A stretch of DNA of 64,000 nucleotides, taken from the NCBI GenBank assembly GCA_016839945.1, contig JAEOTE010000090.1, forward strand, positions 44,399 through 108,398, given 5' to 3'. The notes under the pieces were generated by a model that searched no databases, had not been told where the DNA came from, and saw nothing but the letters and a program-made list of their open reading frames with translations. A program made the position numbers and the translations under genes. The first letter of the stretch is position 1. The number at the start of each line of letters is the position of its first letter. The DNA comes from Candidatus Heimdallarchaeota archaeon. GTDB lineage: Archaea; Asgardarchaeota; Heimdallarchaeia; Heimdallarchaeales; Heimdallarchaeaceae. Of the stretch, positions 39,353 to 50,169 are shown in pieces.

Positions 39353-39835
39353 ATGGAGAAAAACTCCCGTTCTGAAGAATTTAAACTCTTCAAAGTAATT
39401 AAAGTGGAAGTTCTAACAGCTACCCCAGACATACCACTTTCTGAGGATGAAGAGAGTAGAGGTTATTTCCCAGAAATACCTCTTTTAAATTTTGAATTAG
39501 AAAATGGGGAGAATTTCTTAATGACTAACATTCCTGTTTCAGTTGCTATAGAAATTGCTAGGAAAGTTAATGCTGTTGAAGGAGCTGATTCTAGACTTAC
39601 AATTGCTGAATTGATTCCTGAAATATGTGTTATTGACAAAATCGTTATTGATTCTGTAATCCCATATTCAAATGCATATCAAGCAACTGTAGAAATTAGA
39701 CTTGAAGGTTTTTCAGAAATACAACGTTTTCAAGTAATTCCTAGCCATGCAACATTATTAGCTTTAATCGCTGGTGCTGATATATTCGTATCAAGTTCAA
39801 TTATTAAATCTCCTGAAAACAAGAGGAATGTTTAA
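39353..39835 (+). CDS. DUF151/bifunctional nuclease-like protein
   Basis: A.EIA...R.T..EL, I.KIVID...YQAT, PSHA..LAL..GA.IFV. Confidence 0.6.
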   Translation: MEKNSRSEEFKLFKVIKVEVLTATPDIPLSEDEESRGYFPEIPLLNFELENGENFLMTNIPVSVAIEIARKVNAVEGADSRLTIAELIPEICVIDKIVIDSVIPYSNAYQATVEIRLEGFSEIQRFQVIPSHATLLALIAGADIFVSSSIIKSPENKRNV

Positions 39836-39929
39836 TTCTTTAAATGAGCCAAAAGCATAAAAGAAGAAAAGAAACAAATATCACTAATCCTGATAAAGAA
39901 TGAATAACCACAATAATAGAGGAATATGA

Positions 39930-40097
39930 ATGGAACCAGAGAGTGAAAAAACAGAAATAAATGATGAAAATTTAGATGATATTCCAAGTTCAGATACAGA
40001 AGAAAGCAGTGGGAGAGATCGAGGAAAAATATTTTTAGGTATTTTGTTTATTTTCATAGTTGTGGTTATCTGGTATCTAATTGATCTATTAGCTTGA
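39930..40097 (+). CDS. 55-aa tail-anchored small membrane protein (not in ORF track)
   Basis: MEPESEKTEINDENLDDIPSSDTEESSGRDRGKIFLGILFIFIVVVIWYLIDLLA; GAGG upstream. Confidence 0.65.
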   Translation: MEPESEKTEINDENLDDIPSSDTEESSGRDRGKIFLGILFIFIVVVIWYLIDLLA

Positions 40098-40142
40098 AAT
40101 CCAAAATAATTTAAGTGCTTACAAAAAGTAATTGTTGGTTAC

Positions 40143-40895
40143 ATGGGCGAGACTTTCATATCTATTGAAAATCTAATTAAAGTTTTTACTTCTAAAGCAG
40201 AAGATTTAACTGTCTTAAGTGGAACAAGTTTCCAGATAGAAAAGGGGGAGATTGTCTGCCTTTTAGGAACTTCTGGCTCAGGTAAAACTACAACTCTTAA
40301 TTTATTAGCGGGCATAGATAAGCCCACATCAGGAAAAATATCTTATGGGGGAGAAGATATAAGCAAATGGGATTTAGCAGAATTATATGATTATAGACTC
40401 AGAGAGATAGGTTTTATTTTTCAAGATTTTCACCTAATGGAACATCTAACGGCTCTAGAAAATGTTATGGTGCCCATACTACTAATGAAAAAGGAAGAAG
40501 ATGAAGCTAAAGAAACAGCACTTGAACTCCTAAATAAAGTTGGTTTGGGAGCTAAAGCGCTGAATCATCCAGAAGAACTTAGTTCTGGAGAAAAACAAAG
40601 AGTATGTGTAGCAAGAGCTGTTGCTAATTCTCCATCAATTCTAATTGCTGATGAGCCTACTGGGACTTTGGACAGCAAAACTGGAGATGTTATTATGAAT
40701 TTGCTTCTAGACCTTTCTAAGAAAAATAAAATGACTATGATTTATACAACCCATGATCCCTATTTAGCAAGAATTGCTACAAGGTTGTTAATTATCCAGA
40801 AAGGAATTATTTCGGAAACAGAAATAACCAATATAGAAGAAATTGATTATGACAATATTATCTTTGAATATAAGTTAGAGCGCGATGTAAAATGA
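40143..40895 (+). CDS. ABC transporter ATPase (LolD/MacB-like)
   Basis: GTSGSGKTT, IGFIFQ, LSSGEKQRV, ADEPTG.LD, THD. Confidence 0.93.
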   Translation: MGETFISIENLIKVFTSKAEDLTVLSGTSFQIEKGEIVCLLGTSGSGKTTTLNLLAGIDKPTSGKISYGGEDISKWDLAELYDYRLREIGFIFQDFHLMEHLTALENVMVPILLMKKEEDEAKETALELLNKVGLGAKALNHPEELSSGEKQRVCVARAVANSPSILIADEPTGTLDSKTGDVIMNLLLDLSKKNKMTMIYTTHDPYLARIATRLLIIQKGIISETEITNIEEIDYDNIIFEYKLERDVK

Positions 40896-43801
40896 CAGAT
40901 CCTGATATTAGTAAAGACACTGAAAACGATGAACCATTTTTAAGAAAGGTGTTCTATATCTTCTCATTCAATATTCGCTTAATTCTAAAGAATATTAGTA
41001 GTAGAAAGAGAAGTACTCTAATTGTAATTCTAGGGCTGATTTTTTCGCTTTCAGTTCTTTATACTTCATCTATATGGACTCACACATCAGAGAAAATTAT
41101 AGCAGATGATTATATTGAAACTTTAGACTATGAGATGTATATCACATCTTTCTTAACACATTCAATGGATGAAGTTTACACTTATGTTTCACAAGATCAA
41201 GTTGTAGAACAAGTAGATTGGATATACCCGTCTGTTGCTTTATTCAATTTCGATGATAAGAATGATACGTATAGATGGTACCCAGAAGAAGCTCAAGAAA
41301 ACATGACTAATCCCTTGTCTTTATCTGCTGGTTTTGTCGTATCATCACGCTCTCTAAATAGAATAAAGTTAAATCTAGATATAGAAGGAAGAAGTGAAGT
41401 GAATTCAGGGGAGATTTTGATAAGTTACACTCAAGCAAAGCAGTTAGAGTCGATTTTCAACGAAACCATAGCACCCGGTTATAAGATTGATGTAGCAATT
41501 ACAAGAAGAATTCCCAATACTGATGATGGACAGATTTACATGTTTCATTATGATATAGATGAGACTAAATTTTACAATTATACGGTTGCTGGTATCTATA
41601 AATATGTGGGACACAACACTGTAATTGACAGATTATTAGGAGGGGGGACATCAGGATCAGGAGGGATTATAGTTGATTCCATCTTTTTCCCTATTGAAGA
41701 TTTAACTTCATTAGATTTATTCATTATGGACGGGTGGGGGATTCTTCCAAGGCTCTTAGTAAAAACAGATCCACAACAACTTCGAATTGATGGAATAACT
41801 TCAATGCCTGATAATCTTCTTGCATTAAGAGAAAGAATCGAAATTCGATTCTTTCATTCGTTTTGTTATATTTTATCTCAAGAAATCCAAACTATGACAG
41901 AAGAATATAGAAGATCATTTGCATCAACAACATTATTTATACCAACAATAGCCACTGCCATTGTGCTTACGATACTTTCGTCTCATATGACAGTTAGAAG
42001 GAGAAGAGAAGAGATAGCTTTTCTTAGATCAAAAGGAGCAGTTAGTAGTCAAATCATAGGGATCTTCTTTGGGGAATTTCTTTTTATTAGTGTTATCTCA
42101 CTAGTTATTAGTATTGGAACGGGAATCTTGTTAGCAGCAACAATTCCGTCTGTAGGACACGGTAGTGTTTTTAACACATCGCTTTTTGTCAGATATTTGA
42201 ATGAGCTTGAAATGTCCTTCTATGATATTGAAATTTTTACGGTACTAATCCTTGGAATATATCTAGGTTGGACACTTCTAAATGTAATTACATTTGTAAG
42301 AAGAGATATTCAAGAATCGTTGTTAGTCACTCGCAAGGGTCAACAATTATTGACCATGGGTCTCAAAATCGCTGCATTTGCTCTTACTATTGCAGGGTTT
42401 ATATTTCTTCTACTAGATTATTTGAAACTTGAACAGGAAAGTTTTACTTTTAATCTTACACTAATTACTGCTAGTTCCAATTCTCTTTACCTTTTTATTG
42501 GAGTAATATTCTTTACCTGTTATTTCGTTTCTTTAGGTATAAATTATCTCTTAAAGAAGAGCGAAGTTATCCTTTCTTCAATATTTAAAAGAAGCAAATT
42601 CTTCATTATTAAGAATATTAGAAGATATAGAAAAAGCTTTACTGATACTACTTTCTTCTTAATCTTAATAATCTGTTTATTAACTTCTTTCCTTACAATC
42701 CGTTCTTCAACAATAAGAAACAATATTCTAGAAGGCGAGTATAGAGAAGGAGCTGATTTAAGGATTGATGCTGTAGTTCCAGTTAACATAACAGATTTTG
42801 AGAATTCTTTAAGCAGTATAGAAGGTATAAATGAATCAATTGGGTTCTATACTGCTAAAGCAACTGTTGGATTTCAAGATGTGGAAGTATTTGGAATTGA
42901 TCCTCTCAAGTACCTACGGATTGGGAAATGGTTAGATAATAGTTTTGTCGGAATGACGGCAGAAGAAGGATTAACAGCCCTAGCAAACGAGGAAGAAGGT
43001 GTTATATTAAGTGATTTTGTGGTTGACAGACTTGAATTCTCTCTTAATCAAATATTATCTATTACAGCTTTTAGAGGAGGACCATTTTATGTTGATTTTA
43101 GATTAACATCAATAATAAGCTCTGCTCCAGGATTGGGTGTAGCTCATGGTCATGATCCGAAAATGAATAGAATTACAAATGAATGGGCATTAATCAATGA
43201 GAATTATTTTCTTCAAATGATTGAACAAAGAAATAGTACTTTATTCTTAGCTTCAGTTGAAGAGAATGCTGATGTGGAACAGATTATTGAACAAATAAAG
43301 GAGATTAATCCCCTAGTTGTAATAAATCCAACATTCATTAACCCTGATTATATAGGATATTTCCTTGTTAATTATATTCCGCCTGTAGCAGTTTCTTTAT
43401 TGTTAGGGGCCATATTTCTCAACGTTATAGGGGTAGTTTATATCATCATTTCAACAGATTTTATATTGGAACAACGTAGACGAGAGAATGCTGTAATGTT
43501 AGCTTTAGGTGGAAAACAAAGAGATATAAGAAAAATGATAATATCTGAGCTATCAATATTCATGATTACTACAGTAATAATTGGATTCATTTTAGGATTA
43601 ATACTGACAACGGTACTATTAGTATTTATTAAGCCATTAATTATTTCAAGAGAAGTGGTTTCATTATCAATATTCATCGATGTTGTTCCGTTTATTATAA
43701 TGTTCATTACATTATTCGCTGCTGCTATGATAGGTCTTATCCCAATCTTAAGAAAGCAAATGAAACATGAAATAATAAATGAACTGCGTGCTATAGTTTA
43801 A
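40892..43801 (+). CDS. FtsX/MacB-like ABC permease with two FtsX modules
   Basis: RRRREEIAFLRSKG and QRRRENAVMLALG, GADL, large extracellular loops. Confidence 0.88.
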   Translation: MTDPDISKDTENDEPFLRKVFYIFSFNIRLILKNISSRKRSTLIVILGLIFSLSVLYTSSIWTHTSEKIIADDYIETLDYEMYITSFLTHSMDEVYTYVSQDQVVEQVDWIYPSVALFNFDDKNDTYRWYPEEAQENMTNPLSLSAGFVVSSRSLNRIKLNLDIEGRSEVNSGEILISYTQAKQLESIFNETIAPGYKIDVAITRRIPNTDDGQIYMFHYDIDETKFYNYTVAGIYKYVGHNTVIDRLLGGGTSGSGGIIVDSIFFPIEDLTSLDLFIMDGWGILPRLLVKTDPQQLRIDGITSMPDNLLALRERIEIRFFHSFCYILSQEIQTMTEEYRRSFASTTLFIPTIATAIVLTILSSHMTVRRRREEIAFLRSKGAVSSQIIGIFFGEFLFISVISLVISIGTGILLAATIPSVGHGSVFNTSLFVRYLNELEMSFYDIEIFTVLILGIYLGWTLLNVITFVRRDIQESLLVTRKGQQLLTMGLKIAAFALTIAGFIFLLLDYLKLEQESFTFNLTLITASSNSLYLFIGVIFFTCYFVSLGINYLLKKSEVILSSIFKRSKFFIIKNIRRYRKSFTDTTFFLILIICLLTSFLTIRSSTIRNNILEGEYREGADLRIDAVVPVNITDFENSLSSIEGINESIGFYTAKATVGFQDVEVFGIDPLKYLRIGKWLDNSFVGMTAEEGLTALANEEEGVILSDFVVDRLEFSLNQILSITAFRGGPFYVDFRLTSIISSAPGLGVAHGHDPKMNRITNEWALINENYFLQMIEQRNSTLFLASVEENADVEQIIEQIKEINPLVVINPTFINPDYIGYFLVNYIPPVAVSLLLGAIFLNVIGVVYIIISTDFILEQRRRENAVMLALGGKQRDIRKMIISELSIFMITTVIIGFILGLILTTVLLVFIKPLIISREVVSLSIFIDVVPFIIMFITLFAAAMIGLIPILRKQMKHEIINELRAIV

Positions 43802-43844
43802 ATGTATGAGAATATCTACTGATAAAAACAGAAATGAAGAACTT

Positions 43845-44960
43845 TCAAGCAATTATTAACTCTACTCTTGCTTTTTCTAAAACTTGGTTAATCATATATT
43901 CTTCAGAATCCTTCCATGATTGGTCAGCAAAAGAATAGTTATCAGGATTGAATAGTTTTGTTACTGTTGTTTGAGGATCTAGCATCATTATTTGAAGATC
44001 AGGAAATAAGGACCATAAGAGATTTATTAGCTCTAATTTATCTTTTGGAGGTAATAAGATCTTCCAGAGAAAACCTTTTTCTGTATCACGAAAGTCAGAC
44101 TCAAAAGGTAAATCCAGATTTTGAAGAAGATAAATTATTTTAGACATAGCTCTTTGACTACAAATTGCTTTGAATACTAGTTCGTCTTCAAGACCAAAGA
44201 AAGATCTATCGAAATCTACTAAATAGTTCCGAATAACGTATTTACTAAGAAATTTCTTATGTCTAGAAATTGTGTATTGTGGAATATGAAGATGTTTTGA
44301 AAGGTTAACATATTTTTGAGTTGGATCCCTTACTAATTGCTCTAGAATTTGAAAATCAATGTACTTTAAGTTTTTAAGAACATTCTTAGGTTTTTCTCGT
44401 GATATTCTTTGGAAGTAATCAAATTGTGGGATGTAGTCCACACTATCGATATTTTTTTTCCAAATATCCCACTTGAACGTCCATCTTCTGTTTTGAGGAT
44501 CCCAATAGGATAAATCTATTCTTGTTTTAATACCTCTTCCAATGGTTGTTGAGTGTACTATTTCAACAATCAAATCATTGTCTTTTAAATAGTTTAGAAA
44601 ACTTAGGAAGTTACTTATGGATCCAGAAGGGATGTGTACTTTTAAGAAAACTCCAGTTATACCACCATAGCATCTTTGTCTTACTACTAAATATGGATGA
44701 TAATCTAGAATTCTTTCGACCACTCTGTATTTATCTATTGAATCAACTCGTAAAAGAAAGATATGGCTTTCAAGACCTAGTGATTCAGAGTGATATTCTG
44801 CATGAAAACTTGTTATAACTTTATCTTTGAGAAGAATTTCAATCCTTTTCTTAACAGTAGGGGGGGATAAATCACTTTTTTCTGCAAGTTTACTGTAAGG
44901 CATAACAGGTTCTTTCAGAATGTGTTTCAAAATTACATATTCTTCTCTTTTAAGACTCAC
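43845..44960 (-). CDS. Tandem Lrp/AsnC-type wHTH regulator
   Basis: Two HTHs (LSPPTVKKRI; LKYIDFQIL..L..DP...LSK.L.I...TISR), each followed by a RAM-like domain. Confidence 0.8.
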   Translation of the reverse strand: MSLKREEYVILKHILKEPVMPYSKLAEKSDLSPPTVKKRIEILLKDKVITSFHAEYHSESLGLESHIFLLRVDSIDKYRVVERILDYHPYLVVRQRCYGGITGVFLKVHIPSGSISNFLSFLNYLKDNDLIVEIVHSTTIGRGIKTRIDLSYWDPQNRRWTFKWDIWKKNIDSVDYIPQFDYFQRISREKPKNVLKNLKYIDFQILEQLVRDPTQKYVNLSKHLHIPQYTISRHKKFLSKYVIRNYLVDFDRSFFGLEDELVFKAICSQRAMSKIIYLLQNLDLPFESDFRDTEKGFLWKILLPPKDKLELINLLWSLFPDLQIMMLDPQTTVTKLFNPDNYSFADQSWKDSEEYMINQVLEKARVELIIA

Positions 44961-45027
44961 TTTTTTTCATTAAGAACTCAATAGATTACTTAAAAAACAT
45001 TTGTACTTAAATAAAAAAAAGGAAGGA

Positions 45028-45897
45028 TTATTGTTTCTTTCTTTTTCGTTTAATACCCGTAAGTAGAGCTAGTACTAACACAGTCGGAATTAACCAAGAA
45101 TAGGATGTGTCTGTTGGTGTTGGAGTAGGTGTTGGTGTTGGAATCACTACTGGTTTTATATAAAGACCATAAAGTACGTCTATATTGAAACTCTCTGTAA
45201 AATCACCTATATGCGATAATGAACGAAGCTTAATTGATAACTGTTTAAATAATCCAGATGTTACATTGTATGCAACTGTAGCATTTAGCTTTAAGTCTGT
45301 AATATTTGTAGGAATTGGCAAAAAACCCATACCTTCTCCACTAGTCAATTCTTCAAGAAGTGTATTATTAACTGTAGGAGCGTATAAATCAGCATTAAGC
45401 TTCAAATAATTTTCATTTAATTGAGAATATGCATACAAGTAAGTAACATTCAGAAATTCTGTGATATTCACAAGTAGATCCTCAAAAATAAATATAGAAG
45501 ATGTTGCATTCACAAAATCGCCGAAGTAATCTAGGTAATTAGGGATAGTACCTAATGTTAAAGGTAAGGCTATTGGTAAGCCATCAGGTAAAGTGAATGT
45601 CGTCGATTCAACTTCTGTTTCTACGAAATTTGTTGTATTAGTCGTCATTAAGCCTGTAGAATTGTAAACGTCATAACTATACCCAATATCGGTCAAACTA
45701 GTAAACTCTACAATAAAAGACAGATTCTCTTTCAAAAGCGCAGAATAATCCGTAATTCCCATTTTAAATGATTTCAACTCAAATTCATATTCTACATCTG
45801 CTTCAATACCCCAAGTTGTTGCAGCATTTGTGGGAGTAATGAATGTTAGGGATAATATAATAAATAGAACCCCGCTTACTAAAAATGCTTTTTTCAT
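45028..45897 (-). CDS. Secreted surface glycoprotein with PT linker and C-terminal TM/basic tail
   Basis: Signal peptide TNA|A, WG, N-glycosylation sequons, PTPTPTPTPT, TM, KRKRKK. Confidence 0.8.
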   Translation of the reverse strand: MKKAFLVSGVLFIILSLTFITPTNAATTWGIEADVEYEFELKSFKMGITDYSALLKENLSFIVEFTSLTDIGYSYDVYNSTGLMTTNTTNFVETEVESTTFTLPDGLPIALPLTLGTIPNYLDYFGDFVNATSSIFIFEDLLVNITEFLNVTYLYAYSQLNENYLKLNADLYAPTVNNTLLEELTSGEGMGFLPIPTNITDLKLNATVAYNVTSGLFKQLSIKLRSLSHIGDFTESFNIDVLYGLYIKPVVIPTPTPTPTPTDTSYSWLIPTVLVLALLTGIKRKRKKQ

Positions 45898-45966
45898 TAT
45901 GTCACCAATTTATTTTATGTGATAACTACTTTTATACATATTGTTTTATATTTTTCGAAGAAACAA

Positions 45967-47760
45967 TTATTTGCTACTTCTCTTTGCGGTTTCAATAACT
46001 TCTTTTGCAATTTTTTCATTAACCGAAATAAGTTTCATTATTTCTTCTATATTTGCAGAAGCAATGTTTTTTATGTGTTGATACTCTTGGAAAAGGAGAA
46101 AAACCTTTGCTTTTCCTATTCCTTTAATTCTTTCAAAGTTAGAACTTTTGACTGTTCTTGCTCTTAGAGTTTTATGATAACTAATTGCAAATCTATGTGC
46201 TTCATCTCTTACATTCTGAACCAATTTTAGTACAAAAGAATCTTGATCGAGGGTTATTGGTAAATCTAACCATTCTACATATATTTCTTCATTTTTCTTA
46301 GCAATGCTTATTGCAGGAATACTAAGGTTCAGCTTTTTCAAAACTTCTAAAGCAATATTCAATTGCCCCTTACCACCATCAATTATTAGGAGATTAGGCA
46401 ATGGATCAGACTTCAGAATATCAGAACTGTATTTTCTTTTTATTACTTCTTCCATCATAGCATAATCATCAGGATCCGTATAAGAACCTCTAATACGAAA
46501 TCGTCTGTACAGATCCTTCTTAGGTTGTCCATCAACAAAAGCAACGCAAGAGCCAACTGAAAGTTGACCTTTCAAGGTTGATATATCAAAACCGTGAATT
46601 ATTGTAGGTTCTTCAGATAATTGAAAAAGCTCTTGCATTTCTTTGAGAACTAATTTTGAATCCTTTTCATATTTAATATCTCTTAAAAATTTGAAGAGCT
46701 CTGCCCTTGCATTTTTCTTAGCAATGTCAACTAATTGGTTACTTGTATTATCTTTAGGGAAGACTATTTTTAGATTAATATTAGGATTGAAGCGCTTTGT
46801 AAAATCATCACTAGTTAAAATGCTTTTAATAGATTCAGTTGTCCCATATATGAATACTAGAATCTCACTTAATGTCTTAAAAAGGATTTTTTCACTTTTT
46901 GATGTTATATAATTCTTAATGTTTTGGACTCTATGATTACGTACTTCCAGCTTGCAAAATGCTAGATTTGGTTCTTCTTCTACAAATGCTAGAACATCAA
47001 TATTCTTTATTTTAGAATGTAAATCCTCTTGCAGATTAAGTATTGTTCTTACAGATTGAGTAAGATCTCTAATAATTGTAGCTCTTTCGAAATCAGCTTC
47101 TTCAGATGCAGACCACATTTCTTTTTCAAGATTATCTAAAAGATCAGCTACATCTCCATTTAAGAACGAGATGACATTTTTCACAGTTTTTGTGTATTCT
47201 TCAGTGGAAATATCGTTTTTACAGGGAGCTAAACACCTATCTAATCTTTCTCTCATGCATCTGATTGAAGATTTCTTTATTCTTAAATTCTCTACGTTTT
47301 TTCCACAATTACAAATTGGAAATAGTCTTAAAACTAATTTGACTGTTTGCCTAAGCATTATGTTACTTGGAAAGGGACCGAAATAGATGTTTTTCTTATT
47401 TCTTGGATCTGTTTCTCTAACAATTAAAAGCTGAGGATATTTTTCTATCAAAGTTATACAAATTAGAAGATTCGATTTATCATCTTTTAGCATGCTATTA
47501 AATTTTGGTGATAATTGTTTCACAAGTTTTTCTTCTAGAATAATAGCTTCTGATTCGTTTCTTGTTAAAATCCAATCTACCCTAGTAGCTAATTCTTGAA
47601 GCTTTTCTTCTCTTGGTAGTGACACAGCTTGAAAATGTTGTTTTACTCTTTTTTTCAGACTCTTTGCTTTTCCAACGTATATTACAATATCTTCTATGTC
47701 TTTGATTAAATAAACACCAGGATCGTTAGGTAATTCTTCTAAGTCTGAAAAAAGACTCAT
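45967..47760 (-). CDS. uvrC: Excinuclease ABC subunit C
   Basis: PGVY, YVGKAKSL, GFDIS, DDYAMM, IDGGKGQL, RDEAHRFAI, HhH. Confidence 0.96.
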   Translation of the reverse strand: MSLFSDLEELPNDPGVYLIKDIEDIVIYVGKAKSLKKRVKQHFQAVSLPREEKLQELATRVDWILTRNESEAIILEEKLVKQLSPKFNSMLKDDKSNLLICITLIEKYPQLLIVRETDPRNKKNIYFGPFPSNIMLRQTVKLVLRLFPICNCGKNVENLRIKKSSIRCMRERLDRCLAPCKNDISTEEYTKTVKNVISFLNGDVADLLDNLEKEMWSASEEADFERATIIRDLTQSVRTILNLQEDLHSKIKNIDVLAFVEEEPNLAFCKLEVRNHRVQNIKNYITSKSEKILFKTLSEILVFIYGTTESIKSILTSDDFTKRFNPNINLKIVFPKDNTSNQLVDIAKKNARAELFKFLRDIKYEKDSKLVLKEMQELFQLSEEPTIIHGFDISTLKGQLSVGSCVAFVDGQPKKDLYRRFRIRGSYTDPDDYAMMEEVIKRKYSSDILKSDPLPNLLIIDGGKGQLNIALEVLKKLNLSIPAISIAKKNEEIYVEWLDLPITLDQDSFVLKLVQNVRDEAHRFAISYHKTLRARTVKSSNFERIKGIGKAKVFLLFQEYQHIKNIASANIEEIMKLISVNEKIAKEVIETAKRSSK

Positions 47761-49733
47761 TAATTCGACACCATTCTTTCAAGTTCTTTTATTTTATCTC
47801 TATATATAGCTGCTTTTTCGAAATCAAGTTTTCCAGCAGCTTCAGCCATTTTTGTTTTGAGATCTTCAATTACATATAGAATGTCATCACTTGTTAAATC
47901 CTCTGGGATCTCTATTTTTTCCTCCTCTTTTGGTGTTACTTGCATTAATGTTTCAACAATCGATTTAACTTCTTTACTAATCGTTTTGGGTGTAATTCCA
48001 TGTTTTTCATTATGTTCTTTTTGAATTTGTCTTCTTCTATTGTTCTCACTAATTGCTTGCATCATTGAATTAGTTAGATTATCAGCAAATAGAATAACAC
48101 TTCCATGAACATTTCTGCTTGCTCTTCCCATTAATTGGATAAGTGAAGTTTTAGATCGTAAAAAGCCTTCTTTGTCTGCATCCAGAACTGCTACAAGTGC
48201 TACTTCAGGTAAATCCAAACCTTCTCGAAGAAGATTAATTCCAACTACTACATCATACTTACCCAACCTAAGATCTCTCAAAATATCAATTCTTTCTAAA
48301 GTATCCACTTCATGGTGTAAATACACAGATTTAACTTTCATATCAAGAAGATAATCAGATAACATCTCTGCACTTTGTTTAGTTAGAGTTGTTACCAAAA
48401 CTCTTTCTCCTTTACTTGTCCTTTGATTTATCTCACTCAGGAGATCCGTGATTTGGTCATCAGTACCTCTTACTTCAATCTTAGGGTCCACTAATCCAGT
48501 AGGTCTAATTATTTGTTCAACAATCTGATTAGAAACATTATACTCATACGGACCAGGAGTTGCGCTTGTGAACATTGTGTTCCTCATATATTTCTCAGTT
48601 TCTTCAAATTTGAATGGACGATTATCAAAAGCGGAAGGAAGTCTAAATCCATAAGTAATCAAATTGTTTTTTCGAGAATAATCTCCTGCATACATTCCTC
48701 TTAACTGAGGTATTGTTAGATGAGATTCATCGATAAACAATAGAAAATCTTCTGGGAAGTGGTCAAGTAAAGAATAAGGTTTCTCTCCCGGCTTTCTTCT
48801 ATCAAAATGACGTGAATAGTTCTCGATTCCAGGACATCCTCCAGTTTCTCGTAGAAGCTCTAAATCGTAGAGCGTTCTTTGTCTTAGCCTATGTTTCTCA
48901 ATTATTTTTTCTTCTTTTTCTAGTTCTGCTAAACGCATATCTAATTCTAATTTTATATCTTCCAAAGCTGTTTCGAAGAATGCATCGTTTGCAAGATATT
49001 GAGTCCCTGGAAAGATTGAAAGGTAATCGTAATCTTTTATTTTCTCCCCAGTTACAGGATGACGAGCTGTTAAACGTTCAATTTCATCCCCAAAGAATTC
49101 AATACGATAAATATAATCTCCGTACAAAGGAAAGATATCTATTGAATCACCTCTAACTCTGAAGCATTTACGCTCAAGATTAACATCATTTCTTTCGTAT
49201 TGGTTTTTTACTAGCTCCATCATTAAATCTTGTCTGTCAAGTGTATCTCCAAGCGCCAATGAAATTCTTCTAGAACGATATATTTCAGGAGGACCAGTAC
49301 CATAAATGCAGGAGACAGTAGCGCAGACAATTACATCATCTCTAGTAGCTAGTGCTTCAAGCGAAGTATGACGTAATCTCTCGATTTCTTCATTAATATC
49401 TACATCCTTCTCAATATACAAATCTTTGGAAGGCAAATATGCTTCTGGTTGATAGTAATCATAAAAACTAACATAATAATTTACGCTGGCTGAAGGAAAC
49501 AGAGTCTTAAATTCACCAAATAGCTGAGCTACAAGAGTTTTATTTGGACCAATTATTAATGTAGGTTTCTTGATAGTATCAATAACTTTAGCCATAGTGT
49601 AAGTTTTTCCACTACCTGTTACACCTAACAATGTTTGAAATTTATTGTTATTCTTCATTCCATCTACTAGCTTTTTTATAGCTTTAGGCTGATCCCCTCT
49701 TGGTTTTAGTGGAGTCTCAATATCTAATGGCAT
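47760..49733 (-). CDS. uvrB: Excinuclease ABC subunit B
   Basis: GDQP.AI, GVTGSGKT, YDYYQPEAY, DESH, GINLLREGLD, UVR domain. Confidence 0.97.
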   Translation of the reverse strand: MPLDIETPLKPRGDQPKAIKKLVDGMKNNNKFQTLLGVTGSGKTYTMAKVIDTIKKPTLIIGPNKTLVAQLFGEFKTLFPSASVNYYVSFYDYYQPEAYLPSKDLYIEKDVDINEEIERLRHTSLEALATRDDVIVCATVSCIYGTGPPEIYRSRRISLALGDTLDRQDLMMELVKNQYERNDVNLERKCFRVRGDSIDIFPLYGDYIYRIEFFGDEIERLTARHPVTGEKIKDYDYLSIFPGTQYLANDAFFETALEDIKLELDMRLAELEKEEKIIEKHRLRQRTLYDLELLRETGGCPGIENYSRHFDRRKPGEKPYSLLDHFPEDFLLFIDESHLTIPQLRGMYAGDYSRKNNLITYGFRLPSAFDNRPFKFEETEKYMRNTMFTSATPGPYEYNVSNQIVEQIIRPTGLVDPKIEVRGTDDQITDLLSEINQRTSKGERVLVTTLTKQSAEMLSDYLLDMKVKSVYLHHEVDTLERIDILRDLRLGKYDVVVGINLLREGLDLPEVALVAVLDADKEGFLRSKTSLIQLMGRASRNVHGSVILFADNLTNSMMQAISENNRRRQIQKEHNEKHGITPKTISKEVKSIVETLMQVTPKEEEKIEIPEDLTSDDILYVIEDLKTKMAEAAGKLDFEKAAIYRDKIKELERMVSN

Positions 49734-49819
49734 TCTAATTTCACCTATCTTCTGATAATTAAAAAGTATGTTTATCTTTCAGAAAGATTTCATCTTATAA
49801 ATGCGGACAATCACGTTGC

Positions 49820-50095
49820 TTGAGAAAATGTAATAGCAATGTGATACATGTTTTTAATAATGATGAACGATTTTTGTCGGATATGGAGTTTCTTAATTAC
49901 TTTGACATCCCTGATGAAGAACTAAAACACAGAGATGTCATGGATTATGTGGACTCTATCTATAGAAAATTTAATGCTCCTAAGGGAAAAATACACTCTC
50001 TCCAGATTTTGCCACACGAAGAAGAAGGTATAAAGAGAGTTTGTGCAATTTACAAAGTTGAAGAAGAGATTGAATTAGCTAAAATTCATAACTAA
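49820..50095 (+). CDS. Small hypothetical protein (start possibly GTG 49841)
   Basis: 91 aa ORF divergent from uvrB; protein-like composition. Confidence 0.55.
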   Translation: MRKCNSNVIHVFNNDERFLSDMEFLNYFDIPDEELKHRDVMDYVDSIYRKFNAPKGKIHSLQILPHEEEGIKRVCAIYKVEEEIELAKIHN

Positions 50096-50169
50096 TCAAG
50101 ACGCTTCGCTTTATTTTTACATATTAACACGTTTTTGTCGTTCTTAAATACTTAAATCATTATAGTATA

